Below, in pieces: positions 20,687-29,384 of a stretch of DNA of 64,000 nt. This stretch comes from a virus. Its lineage: Duplodnaviria; Caudoviricetes. The position numbers were made by a program, and so were the translations under genes. The first letter of the stretch is position 1. Each line of letters starts with the position of its first letter. The notes below the pieces were generated by a model. That model saw nothing but the letters and a program-made list of their open reading frames with translations, was not told where the DNA came from and ran no database searches. The DNA is taken from positions 1 to 64,000 of IMG/VR virus record IMGVR_UViG_2974549060_000001. One strand, given 5' to 3'.

Positions 20687-21406
20687 ATGAGTGATACCTC
20701 AATCATTCCTCAGAACACGACGTTAATTGACGTGTACTTGAAGAATCCGAATGGGCATCCACTTACCCATACCCGTTTCATTGTTAAGCCAGTAAGAGCG
20801 GGCTATTGGAACGATTATGTTGGTGTTGTGGAAGATAAAGAGGAACTGTATTGTACGGATGAAAATGGCTATGTGCAGCTACATTTGTGGCCTCTACCAT
20901 ATCCTTACATGCTGACCTATTCATATGATGACAATGCTGTACCGGGCTACTTTATGTTCTATGTACCGGATACCCGCACCGTTGTTAATCTGCAAGATCT
21001 CATCGTTACTCAGACTAACGATCAGCCTACGTATGGTGAAGAGATCTTGGCTCAAATCGTAGCTGCTAAAGCTCAGGTAACTGCATTGGTCGATGAAGCT
21101 AAAGCTGCTGAATCTGGTGCGCAAGTTGCAGCGAGTGTTGCTACAACTGCTGCGATAAAAGCAACTGAGAATGCCCAGTTGACTGATGTAGATCGAGAAT
21201 ATGTGAATGATGTGCAATTGACCTTACAAGCAATGTTTGGTCAAATGTCCGAAGCCATAATTAAAATTCAGGGTATCAATTTACAAAATAAATTGTTACT
21301 AGGTGGCTACCAACTATGGGTTGATGCTCAAGGTAGGTTGCGTATTAAAAATGGTGACCCGACTAGTGATACTGATGGCACTGTCGTGGGCACTCAAACT
21401 AGTTAA
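20687..21406 (+). CDS. Tail-associated adapter or short fibre protein
   Basis: N-terminal beta-rich anchor, Ala-rich coil, and C-terminal LWVDAQGRLRIKNGDPTSDTDGTVVGTQT motif seen at tail-spike ends. Confidence 0.65.
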   Translation: MSDTSIIPQNTTLIDVYLKNPNGHPLTHTRFIVKPVRAGYWNDYVGVVEDKEELYCTDENGYVQLHLWPLPYPYMLTYSYDDNAVPGYFMFYVPDTRTVVNLQDLIVTQTNDQPTYGEEILAQIVAAKAQVTALVDEAKAAESGAQVAASVATTAAIKATENAQLTDVDREYVNDVQLTLQAMFGQMSEAIIKIQGINLQNKLLLGGYQLWVDAQGRLRIKNGDPTSDTDGTVVGTQTS

Positions 21407-21417
21407 GGAGCAGTTAT

Positions 21418-23964
21418 ATGTGTAATTGTGAACCGTGGAATTGTGTTGAACAGGCTGTTAATGACGTTTGGTCTACCAAACGAGGTCAGATCACAGGTCT
21501 GGTTGATCGCGCTGAGACTGCTGCTGATAATAGCGAGATAAGCGCGAAGGCGTCAGCCGATAGCGCTGTCGAAGCTAGGGAATTTCGTGATGAAGCAGAA
21601 CTCGCAGCAACTACAGCAGTAGCTGCACAGACTGTTGTAGTTGGTGTAGCTACTTCTCTACAGAATACTGCGGATAGTCTCGAACAAAGTGCAGAAGAAC
21701 TCAGTAATGCTATTGCTGGTATTACTGTGGTTACTTGGTACTACACGGCTGTATCTGAAAATCAGACTGTAATTCCTGTGCCTGATGATAAAAACCAGAT
21801 TGCTATTCAAGCAATCTATAGTGAAGGTGCCCGTAAGGAACCGGGGCCAAGTCGTGATTTTACTTACGATCCAGTTACAAAACAAATTACCCTAGTTGAA
21901 GGTATCCCGCTAGGGCAGGAAATAGCCATTATTCTCGGTGTTTACCCTGAGAACTCGGACGATATTACTCATATCCTGGCTTCCTCTGCGGGTGCAGGTT
22001 TGATTGGTACTACCAATGGTAATACTGTTCAAGATGAGTTGAATAATAATCTTCTTAATGACCGTGAGCAATGGCGTCGTAGTCTTGCTGAGGCAGGCTT
22101 AACACTTGTTGATGGTAGCTTTGAGGAAGGGGCCACCGTTGCTTCTGCCACCGACGCGATTTGGCACGCCGCAGGCGGCCAGTGCTATACGTGGGGTGGG
22201 GCATTCCCGAAGACGGTTGATCCGGCGTCTACGCCTGCATCGAGCGGTGGGGTTTCGGGCACTGCATGGGTAAGCGTTACTGACCTGACGCTGCGTAGTG
22301 CGCTGGCGGGTGCTGGTGGTGCCGCTATGCTGGGTGCTGTATCTGGGAAAAATGTTCAGGAAGAGATTGATGATCTTCACGCTAAAGATGAATTGCTTAC
22401 TGGTGAAGTTTCCATGCACAGTGCATCACTTGATGATCTGGCTTATTCGGCAATATCTTCTATTTCGGAGAAAATAAGCGAGATAAAAGTAAAGGATACA
22501 GAAAGATTATATGACGCATTTGGGAATACCGTTTATTACAAAGGGAGGAATTTATTCTCGTTTCGCCGCGCCAAGCTTCATTTTGGCGATACTACGCACA
22601 TTAGTAGCCTATGTATCGGTGAGATATACGAAGATGGGAGCTATGCGATAATTTGGCAAAAAGACTACCCAATTACAATTGATGCAAAAGACCCATTTCT
22701 TAGTATTGATAATGTGAGCGGGGGGCTGATTGTCAGCTATCAGTTAATGAATGTAGCTGAAAATACCTACCGTAATGCCGTTATTGGTGTCGTTGACTTA
22801 AGTAGCAGCGGTTCATTTATTACGAATTCAACAATAACAACGACCAGTGATTACTTTCTATGGGGTAATGTGTTAAGAACCCCTGCTGGTAAGTACATAA
22901 CCACACGGTATGCTATTGACCATCAAAGCGTAGATATCATCACATCGTCAGATGCGAATTTAAACGCCGGAACCACATGGTCAGTCGCGAGAACTTTTCT
23001 TCTTTCGGAGTTCGCAGGGAAAACCGCAATAAACGAAACATGTTTAGGATATTACAAAGGAATGCTAGTTGCAGTGACGCGAACTGGAAGCTCAACATCC
23101 AGCATGTCTACGATGCACATATCAAGAACAAATGATTTAACCGGAGCGTCGGGATGGATAAACTTTGGGACAAATGCTGGATATGCAGGGCCTCATATAC
23201 CAGCGTACACCGACGAAGAAGACCCGCTTATCATAGTCGGGAGTGTATATAGGGACGGGGTTAGATCTGACGTAAGCATGGCCTACACTTTCGATTTAGC
23301 CTCATTATCCACGCCGGTTACTATAGCTAAAATGCCAAGATTTAATGCATATGCATCAGCTAAGAAAGTCAGTAGCGGTATATGGTCGATGGTATTTTAT
23401 ACTGAATATGACGAAAACCCAGATGCCACTCATATTTATCATAAGTACTTCTACTTTGAATCATTTTTGCGGCCTGATAATCAGACAAATAGGGGTAGTA
23501 ATTGGGACTATTCATTTAATTCGGGTCATTCGGCGATTGGTAATCTTGGTGTTGTTAATTCAATAACTTCTTCGCATGAGATATATTTCTCAATGCAGAG
23601 AAGCATGGATAACATAAAAGGAGTTCAATTTGTAGTTGGCCCTATGGCTGCAAGCAAGACGATAACCCCTGTACTTTATCGATTAGATGGATCTCTATTC
23701 GCTTCTTGTGCATCCGTCACGATACCGGCAAGCCCAGAAAATCAAATTGTGACGGCGCTATTCAATGCGGGTAACGTAACACTAAATGCGTTCTCTAGAA
23801 TGAGGCTAAATCTATTATCTAGTAGTGATACATTACCTATCGGCTCCAGATCGCTTCCTTCCGGGCATCAACCTGGGATACCTCTCAACATTCCGTTTAA
23901 CCTCTTCAACTCTGGCGGTCTAGCGTCTGCACCTTACTTTTTATTATCTTTGGTGACGCTGTGA
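21418..23964 (+). CDS. Tail spike / receptor-binding protein
   Basis: Coiled N-terminus; tail-spike head-binding module (WRRSLAEAGL..GSFEEG..YTWGGAFPKTV); AT-rich C-terminal domain with beta-propeller-like strands. Confidence 0.88.
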   Translation: MCNCEPWNCVEQAVNDVWSTKRGQITGLVDRAETAADNSEISAKASADSAVEAREFRDEAELAATTAVAAQTVVVGVATSLQNTADSLEQSAEELSNAIAGITVVTWYYTAVSENQTVIPVPDDKNQIAIQAIYSEGARKEPGPSRDFTYDPVTKQITLVEGIPLGQEIAIILGVYPENSDDITHILASSAGAGLIGTTNGNTVQDELNNNLLNDREQWRRSLAEAGLTLVDGSFEEGATVASATDAIWHAAGGQCYTWGGAFPKTVDPASTPASSGGVSGTAWVSVTDLTLRSALAGAGGAAMLGAVSGKNVQEEIDDLHAKDELLTGEVSMHSASLDDLAYSAISSISEKISEIKVKDTERLYDAFGNTVYYKGRNLFSFRRAKLHFGDTTHISSLCIGEIYEDGSYAIIWQKDYPITIDAKDPFLSIDNVSGGLIVSYQLMNVAENTYRNAVIGVVDLSSSGSFITNSTITTTSDYFLWGNVLRTPAGKYITTRYAIDHQSVDIITSSDANLNAGTTWSVARTFLLSEFAGKTAINETCLGYYKGMLVAVTRTGSSTSSMSTMHISRTNDLTGASGWINFGTNAGYAGPHIPAYTDEEDPLIIVGSVYRDGVRSDVSMAYTFDLASLSTPVTIAKMPRFNAYASAKKVSSGIWSMVFYTEYDENPDATHIYHKYFYFESFLRPDNQTNRGSNWDYSFNSGHSAIGNLGVVNSITSSHEIYFSMQRSMDNIKGVQFVVGPMAASKTITPVLYRLDGSLFASCASVTIPASPENQIVTALFNAGNVTLNAFSRMRLNLLSSSDTLPIGSRSLPSGHQPGIPLNIPFNLFNSGGLASAPYFLLSLVTL

Positions 23965-23976
23965 TGAATAGGAGTC

Positions 23977-24035
23977 CGTGCCGTGCACGTGTCGCACTGT
24001 GCCGATTTGTGACGTGATGTGCCATGCTGTGCCGT
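23977..24035 (+). repeat. Six phased YGTGHCR repeats, about 10-nt period
   Basis: GTG cores at 23978, 23989, 23999, 24009, 24019 and 24029. Confidence 0.75.
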
Positions 24036-24243
24036 AAAAATTCGGTATGAATGCCAAGGATGGCTACCCTAACCAATCAGCCCACCATTGCATCATCTCT
24101 TTGCGCTTGTCGAGGCATTGAGCGTGATGCTGGCTATGGGAGCATATATAGGACAAAAAATTAGCACAAAACAGCCCCCATCAACATACTGGAGTATTTC
24201 TTCGCTGTGATAACATGGGGCTTAAGCTCCATTTTTAATAGAG

Positions 24244-24744
24244 GTGAGTATGGCAATGAAAATGTCTGCTGAGGGGAAGAAAGTTACTAAGTACTTCGAA
24301 TCCCTTAAGCTGAAAGCATACCCTGACCCGGCCACGGGTGGTAAACCGTGGACTATCGGCTACGGCCATACCGGGCCAGATGTATACCCTGGCTTAGTCA
24401 TCAATCAAACGATGGCTGACAAGCTCCTGGATCTCGACTTGGCTAAAGCCGAGGCTGAGGTAAACAAATACTCTCCTAACCTCACGCAAGGTCAATTCGA
24501 TGCCCTGGTGGATATGACTTTCAATATGGGATCCGGCTTCCTTAAGCCAGATAACATCAATGGGGACTTTGATGACTTCGTGGCCTCCGGGAATCTTATT
24601 GAGATGCGCAAGCGTATCCCTCAGTTCCGTAAGGCTGCTGGTAAAGTCAGGAAAGGTCTGGTTCGTCGTCGTGCAGCTAACGTCGCCCTTTGGGACGGTA
24701 AGTCTGGTGACGAGGCTATCAAACTGGGAGTGGCCGCAGTATGA
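24244..24744 (+). CDS. Endolysin, GH24 lysozyme
   Basis: FESLKLKAYPDPATGGKPWTIGYGHTG catalytic E/D/T pattern; QGQFDALV; GLVRRR. Confidence 0.93.
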   Translation: MSMAMKMSAEGKKVTKYFESLKLKAYPDPATGGKPWTIGYGHTGPDVYPGLVINQTMADKLLDLDLAKAEAEVNKYSPNLTQGQFDALVDMTFNMGSGFLKPDNINGDFDDFVASGNLIEMRKRIPQFRKAAGKVRKGLVRRRAANVALWDGKSGDEAIKLGVAAV

Positions 24745-24980
24745 AGCTGGTAGAGAACTGGAAGCAGGCACATCGGTGGTTTTCCGTACACCTGATAATC
24801 GTGCTTGCTGCATTACCCGAAGTCTGGACATGGCTTCCAATGGAGTGGAAGCAATCGCTCCCCCCGGACACCCTGAAATGGGTTTGTGGTGTCGTAGGGA
24901 TCCTGGCGGTCTACGCTCGCGTAGTAAGCCAGACTAAGAAGGTTCCACCTGATGATCCTAAACTGGATAAAGACGTATAA
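24741..24980 (+). CDS. Holin
   Basis: MKLVENWKQAHRWFSVH...two TM segments...RVVSQ; translationally coupled to the endolysin. Confidence 0.8.
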   Translation: MKLVENWKQAHRWFSVHLIIVLAALPEVWTWLPMEWKQSLPPDTLKWVCGVVGILAVYARVVSQTKKVPPDDPKLDKDV

Positions 24981-25452
24981 AGTCTGTATCGGTTTAGCTC
25001 TGGCCCTGGCAGTAATTGCCGGGGCTTGTTGGCTAACGTGGACTGTCACCGACTCTCGGTGGCAATCGAAATATGATTCACTGGAAACTCAGTATGCTGA
25101 TGCTTCCGCAAAGGCCCAGAATGAAGCCAGGGCAAAGGAGTTGGAATATGACCTCAATATCGCTAAAGCCAATGCTGAGGGGGCTAAGAGAGAGGCTGAC
25201 GCTAACGCTGCTGCCGCTGATGCTACTGCTTCTGTTGAGCGGTTGCACCAACGACTCAACACGCTACTTGCTAACACCAGCACCGAAACGACCGGCACTG
25301 GACTCAAGGGCAGAACCCCCAACGAAACCATCATTCTGCTTACCAACGTGTTCCAAAAATCTGTCGAACGAAATAGACAACTGGCTGAGTTCGCAGATAA
25401 TAGCTGGAACGCCGCTAAACAATGTTACGATAGCTATTATACTACCCAATAA
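24952..25452 (+). CDS. Rz: i-spanin (Rz-like)
   Basis: N-terminal TM segment followed by a long coiled coil. Confidence 0.85.
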   Translation: MILNWIKTYKVCIGLALALAVIAGACWLTWTVTDSRWQSKYDSLETQYADASAKAQNEARAKELEYDLNIAKANAEGAKREADANAAAADATASVERLHQRLNTLLANTSTETTGTGLKGRTPNETIILLTNVFQKSVERNRQLAEFADNSWNAAKQCYDSYYTTQ

Positions 25453-25474
25453 TTACGATAACTATATTGTTTAA
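25172..25474 (+). CDS. Rz1: o-spanin lipoprotein (Rz1-like), overlapping Rz in another frame
   Basis: Signal peptide with lipobox LSGC; Pro-rich mature part; CLPTC. Confidence 0.8.
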   Translation: MLRGLRERLTLTLLPLMLLLLLSGCTNDSTRYLLTPAPKRPALDSRAEPPTKPSFCLPTCSKNLSNEIDNWLSSQIIAGTPLNNVTIAIILPNNYDNYIV

Positions 25475-25534
25475 ATTTTAAGTTAGTTTAAACTATAGTC
25501 AGTTAACGTTAACTAAATTTAAGGGGCACAAATT

Positions 25535-25990
25535 ATGGCTCAAATTGGCACTTATATTAAACCGGCTCCTATCGGTTCCGGCGTTGTAACCACTGACCAT
25601 GTTATCGCTCAGGGTTATGATTTCGTTTACCTGAAAATGGGCGGTATGCTGAAAGTTCAGGAATCTCAGGTTGACGGCGATCTGGTACTGGGTGTAGGTG
25701 CTGCATATGTACCACCGATTGCTCTGGTGATTACTACTAACCTTCCAGCGACCAAATCCTTCACTGACGCTCAGACCTTTGAACTGACCATTGCTGGCTC
25801 TGGTGGCGTAGCTCCGTACTCCGTTGAATGGTACAAAGATGGTGCAAAGATTGCTAATGCGAACAGCACCACTCTGAACCTGGGTACTGCGACCACTGCG
25901 ATGGCCGGTAAGTACACTGCGGTCTACAAAGATGCGATGGGTAAATCTGTCAATTCTGTTGAATGTACCGTGACCGTTACCGAAGCATAA
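25535..25990 (+). CDS. Ig-like domain virion decoration protein
   Basis: FELTIAGSGGVAPYSVEWYKDG...AGKYTAV Ig I-set pattern. Confidence 0.8.
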   Translation: MAQIGTYIKPAPIGSGVVTTDHVIAQGYDFVYLKMGGMLKVQESQVDGDLVLGVGAAYVPPIALVITTNLPATKSFTDAQTFELTIAGSGGVAPYSVEWYKDGAKIANANSTTLNLGTATTAMAGKYTAVYKDAMGKSVNSVECTVTVTEA

Positions 25991-26011
25991 TTCAGTAAAG
26001 CAGATTAATAT

Positions 26012-26036
26012 AAGCCCACACTAGGTGGGCTTTTTT
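26012..26036 (+). terminator. Intrinsic terminator ending the late island
   Basis: AAGCCCAC-ACTAG-GTGGGCTTTTTT. Confidence 0.85.
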
Positions 26037-26268
26037 ATAGCATCTGCAATCGCATATCCCGGATGGGAATGTGCCTCAACAGCCTGGCGGCTGTCTCAAT
26101 GCTCATGAAGCTCACTGGTTTACCTTCGGCATCTACCAGTTGAAATTCCTCACCCAGGTTTGGCTTACGGATCACAATGGTGTAGTCCGATTCAGCACGC
26201 TGAACGATGAACCCCGTTTTGCATTGCAGTGCTGGTACATCCCTTACACGAATAGTTTTCCGTTTCAC
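26035..26268 (-). CDS. Hypothetical protein
   Basis: 77 aa; coupled to the neighbouring ORF. Confidence 0.6.
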   Translation of the reverse strand: MKRKTIRVRDVPALQCKTGFIVQRAESDYTIVIRKPNLGEEFQLVDAEGKPVSFMSIETAARLLRHIPIRDMRLQML

Positions 26269-26498
26269 TATTCCCCCTTACGTAATCGGGAGAACAAAAC
26301 ATTACGAACACCCTTAGAGTTCTCACGACGGAATGGCCGTATTAACCTACTGTCTTTCCGCATCTGACGATCTTTTTCCTGCTCCTGTCTCAGCACAGTA
26401 CCTGGTGCATATAAACGTTGAAGCTGCCGTGAACACTCCTTGTGGTTCGCGTGTGCTCGGAGTTTGCCACAAACGGGGCAGTTTGAGAGTGTACTCAT
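26268..26498 (-). CDS. Small Zn-finger-like protein
   Basis: CPVCGKLRAHANHKECS. Confidence 0.6.
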   Translation of the reverse strand: MSTLSNCPVCGKLRAHANHKECSRQLQRLYAPGTVLRQEQEKDRQMRKDSRLIRPFRRENSKGVRNVLFSRLRKGE

Positions 26499-26761
26499 TT
26501 GCCACCCCGTATAAGAGATACAGGATTGTGAACACGACCAGAAAAATTCGGCACGTTAGCATGATCTACCTCAAAAGCTTTTGTGGTCTTATGTTTAGTG
26601 AATAGTACACCATTTATGATGATGTGACTTTCACAATTCCAATCCTTCCGGTACTTGGAGATGGTTAGCTCACTGAGGCCGGTAGCCTCAGCCATACGAG
26701 CACCGTTACCACCATATTGCTGGTTTAGGATTAACGGAATGGAATGCAGCCTTACAGTCAT
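26495..26761 (-). CDS. ninH: NinH-like HTH DNA-binding protein
   Basis: SIPLILNQQYGGNGARMAEATGLSELTISKYRKD..HIIINGVLF parallels lambda NinH (TIPDMLVEAYGNQTEVARRL..TVRKY..HAIVNDVLM). Confidence 0.7.
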   Translation of the reverse strand: MTVRLHSIPLILNQQYGGNGARMAEATGLSELTISKYRKDWNCESHIIINGVLFTKHKTTKAFEVDHANVPNFSGRVHNPVSLIRGGK

Positions 26762-26943
26762 GCAGCATCCTCCCGAAGGTCTTTAACCGTTCCTTTCACT
26801 ACCCAGGCATATGGCACCAGAATGGTGGCCGACTTACCTTCGATTGGGGGAATGGTATACATACCCTGGTACTGGATAATACCGCCACCAATGTTAGGAT
26901 CCGAATGCCGCTTACGGCGTAACTCAAAATTGTATTCAAACAT
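26758..26943 (-). CDS. Hypothetical protein
   Basis: 61 aa; GAGGTGG SD; overlaps the next ORF. Confidence 0.55.
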   Translation of the reverse strand: MFEYNFELRRKRHSDPNIGGGIIQYQGMYTIPPIEGKSATILVPYAWVVKGTVKDLREDAA

Positions 26944-26949
26944 GCCACC

Positions 26950-27756
26950 TCACTTAAGGACTGCGATAATATCGTTCAGGTTCTCCCGGCTATCCGACTT
27001 AGCACTGATAGCACGTCGAGCCGGTAGTTCTGTCAGAGTAAATCCAGCCTTCTCATACAGGTCAAGAATTTTCGGGGCAGCGCTGTTGGTGATTACCGTT
27101 GGCACACCTTTTGCTCTGGCTTTCAGGGCAGCATCTACTACCCGGCGTTGAGCCGAGAAGTCGAATGTTGTGCCTGAGTACGTGGTGAATCCCTTCTTAC
27201 CGGGCATTGGTTCATACGGTGGATCGCAAAAGATTACGTCCCCCTCCTGAGCCATTGCCATATGTTCGGTGAAGTCCAGGTTCCAGGTCGTTGGCTTCAA
27301 GCCAGAGTCTAGATAGGCTTGCAGTTCAGCACGCGGGAAATATGGCTGAGCTTTCTTACCCCAGGGCACATTGAACAGCCCTTGCTGGTTATAACGGCAG
27401 AGGCCATTAAAGCAGGTGCGGTTCAGTATCAGGAAGAATGCTGCCTTTGAGTACGGCGTATAGTCGTAACTGTTCAGGCGATCCTGAACACGGTAATAAT
27501 TCTCTTCGTTCGTTACCCACTGGTGGAGCTGTTCAGCTTCATCCAGCAAACGCTGGCCCTGGTGGTTCAGAACGTTGTAGAGGTTGATGAGATCAGGGTT
27601 CACGTCATTAATGCTATTCTGGGCAAAGCCAGCATTCATGAAGACGGAACCGGCCCCAACAAAGGGTTCAATCAGACGCTTACCTTTGGGAAGGCGGTGC
27701 AGAATTACAGGCAGTTGGCGGAATTTTCCTCCTGGCCATTTTAAAAAGGGTTTCAT
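26950..27756 (-). CDS. dam: DNA adenine methyltransferase (Dam family)
   Basis: LKWPGGK, EPFVGAGSV, FNGLCRYN, DPPY motifs. Confidence 0.93.
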   Translation of the reverse strand: MKPFLKWPGGKFRQLPVILHRLPKGKRLIEPFVGAGSVFMNAGFAQNSINDVNPDLINLYNVLNHQGQRLLDEAEQLHQWVTNEENYYRVQDRLNSYDYTPYSKAAFFLILNRTCFNGLCRYNQQGLFNVPWGKKAQPYFPRAELQAYLDSGLKPTTWNLDFTEHMAMAQEGDVIFCDPPYEPMPGKKGFTTYSGTTFDFSAQRRVVDAALKARAKGVPTVITNSAAPKILDLYEKAGFTLTELPARRAISAKSDSRENLNDIIAVLK

Positions 27757-27768
27757 AAATACCTCAAT

Positions 27769-27790
27769 AAAAAAGCCCCGTTAGGGGCTG
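27769..27790 (-). terminator. Intrinsic terminator
   Basis: Minus strand AGCCCC-TAAC-GGGGCTTTTTT. Confidence 0.8.
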
Positions 27791-27793
27791 TTG

Positions 27794-28114
27794 TTATGGA
27801 TGGGGTTTTTGTAGCTTTGCTTCCAGCAGGCTTTCGGCAAGTTGGAACAACCGGCCACCGAGGTGGGCACATACTGCTACGAAGATGGGGAGTGTCACGC
27901 CTCTTGGTAGACTGTCCTTAAGATCAGGATAGGCACCGGAGGCAAGGTATCCGGCCAGTACAGCGGAGCAGAACTCGACAAGTACCCACATTACAGATGG
28001 ATCAACTTTCCGCATTAGTCTGCGGCCTACTGAAATAAAGCCACTCATCGCAGAAATGATTAGAACCCCAAACAAATCCCAGAATTGCTGATTTGGCTGG
28101 TTTTCGAGTGACAT
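27794..28114 (-). CDS. Holin/antiholin-like membrane protein
   Basis: Three hydrophobic segments; lies outside the lysis cassette on the opposite strand. Confidence 0.6.
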   Translation of the reverse strand: MSLENQPNQQFWDLFGVLIISAMSGFISVGRRLMRKVDPSVMWVLVEFCSAVLAGYLASGAYPDLKDSLPRGVTLPIFVAVCAHLGGRLFQLAESLLEAKLQKPHP

Positions 28115-28172
28115 TACTACTCCGGGGCGTTAATACAGATGCCACGATTCTACATAGAAATTCAGAATATAC

Positions 28173-28520
28173 CTAACTGTTGCTGGCTTTATGCTTTTGT
28201 TTCAGTGTAGTTATGAGAGCACGTTTCATCTTACCATCTTCATGATTCTTGAACTCAAGATCCGCGAAAATGGGATTAAAACCTTTAACACCAACCTTTA
28301 ACTCTCGAAGATAAATAGGACTATCCTCACTCTCCTGGTAAAAGATCAGATCCTGATCGTCTAGTTCCAGCTTACCCACCAGAAGTTTATCGTAACCTTC
28401 GGCTACCTTCTGCTTGTTGTACGTCGGCGGGCTGATCATTACCTGGTCATCTTTATCCCCGTTGTCGAAATAGAATGCCTTCGTGACAAAGGCACGCAGG
28501 GGAATTTTTACCTCGACCAT
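28173..28520 (-). CDS. Hypothetical protein
   Basis: Start trimmed to MVEVKIPL with a GAGG SD. Confidence 0.6.
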   Translation of the reverse strand: MVEVKIPLRAFVTKAFYFDNGDKDDQVMISPPTYNKQKVAEGYDKLLVGKLELDDQDLIFYQESEDSPIYLRELKVGVKGFNPIFADLEFKNHEDGKMKRALITTLKQKHKASNS

Positions 28521-28527
28521 ACTGGCC

Positions 28528-29001
28528 TCACTCAAATTGAATGTTGTGTGGGATGAATTGAACATCACGATTAAAGCGGAAACGCTCACCCAGTTTCATT
28601 AATACTGACTTATCGTCGTCAAACACATGCACTTCGATAGGCTCAGCATAGTCCAGCAGGTTCTGGATTGTTTCTAGTTTCCACTGGGATGGGTGACGAT
28701 GATCGTCAATCGAACGCAGATGATAACGGCAATCCAGGGGCCAGCCAGTATTAGCTAATTTAACTCGGGTTTCTTCAATCAAACTGTTGGCACGGTTACT
28801 AACAATAGCAATTTCAAAACCAGCATCTTTATAAGCAGCAGCCGTTGTAATCAGGGGCAGATTCAACTGCTCTGAGTGGAATGCTTCGTGCCATGGTAAC
28901 CATTCGGCATTATTGCGAATGTCATGGTGGGGCACCAGCTTCTTACGATAGCAGGTGGTGTTCAAGGTATTGTCCAGATCAAACAGTGCCAGCTTGCGCA
29001 T
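28528..29001 (-). CDS. HAD-family phosphatase (PNKP phosphatase-like)
   Basis: LALFDLDNTL motif I, IVSNR motif II, VFDDD motif IV. Confidence 0.8.
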   Translation of the reverse strand: MRKLALFDLDNTLNTTCYRKKLVPHHDIRNNAEWLPWHEAFHSEQLNLPLITTAAAYKDAGFEIAIVSNRANSLIEETRVKLANTGWPLDCRYHLRSIDDHRHPSQWKLETIQNLLDYAEPIEVHVFDDDKSVLMKLGERFRFNRDVQFIPHNIQFE

Positions 29002-29170
29002 CTTTAACCTCTGGTTTCAGTGTACCGTCCTTGTTCAGGTCGTTACGGTTAATATATTCCCGGCGTTCTTCGTTGATACGCTCCAGGTCGCTTTCCAGAC
29101 CGATAATACGACGGTCAAATTCAGCCAGGTTTTCCCGGTGAATTTTTATACGAATTTCTTTGTTCAGCAT
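28979..29170 (-). CDS. Small coiled-coil protein
   Basis: 63 aa, heptad pattern. Confidence 0.5.
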   Translation of the reverse strand: MLNKEIRIKIHRENLAEFDRRIIGLESDLERINEERREYINRNDLNKDGTLKPEVKDAQAGTV

Positions 29171-29198
29171 GTAGCCTCAAAAAAGCCCCCGGAGGGGC

Positions 29199-29384
29199 TT
29201 AGCCGATAAAGTGATGAAGGATTTTGGCACCTACGCCAAACATTACCCCAGTGGTTACTACGCTGGAGGTGAGTGTTACTAACACGTCACCAACAGACCA
29301 TTCTTCCAGGGAAGTGCAGAAGGATGATACTGCGAAGAACCAGGCCATTGTCCAATAAATCCCCCAGACGGTATTGATATCCAT
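29199..29384 (-). CDS. Small membrane protein
   Basis: Two hydrophobic segments; abuts the polymerase stop codon. Confidence 0.55.
   Translation of the reverse strand: MDINTVWGIYWTMAWFFAVSSFCTSLEEWSVGDVLVTLTSSVVTTGVMFGVGAKILHHFIG

Noticed and set aside
23977-24035. CRISPR or mini-array interpretation of the repeats
   Set aside because: Units are about 7 nt with 3-nt gaps; there is no repeat-spacer architecture anywhere in the window.
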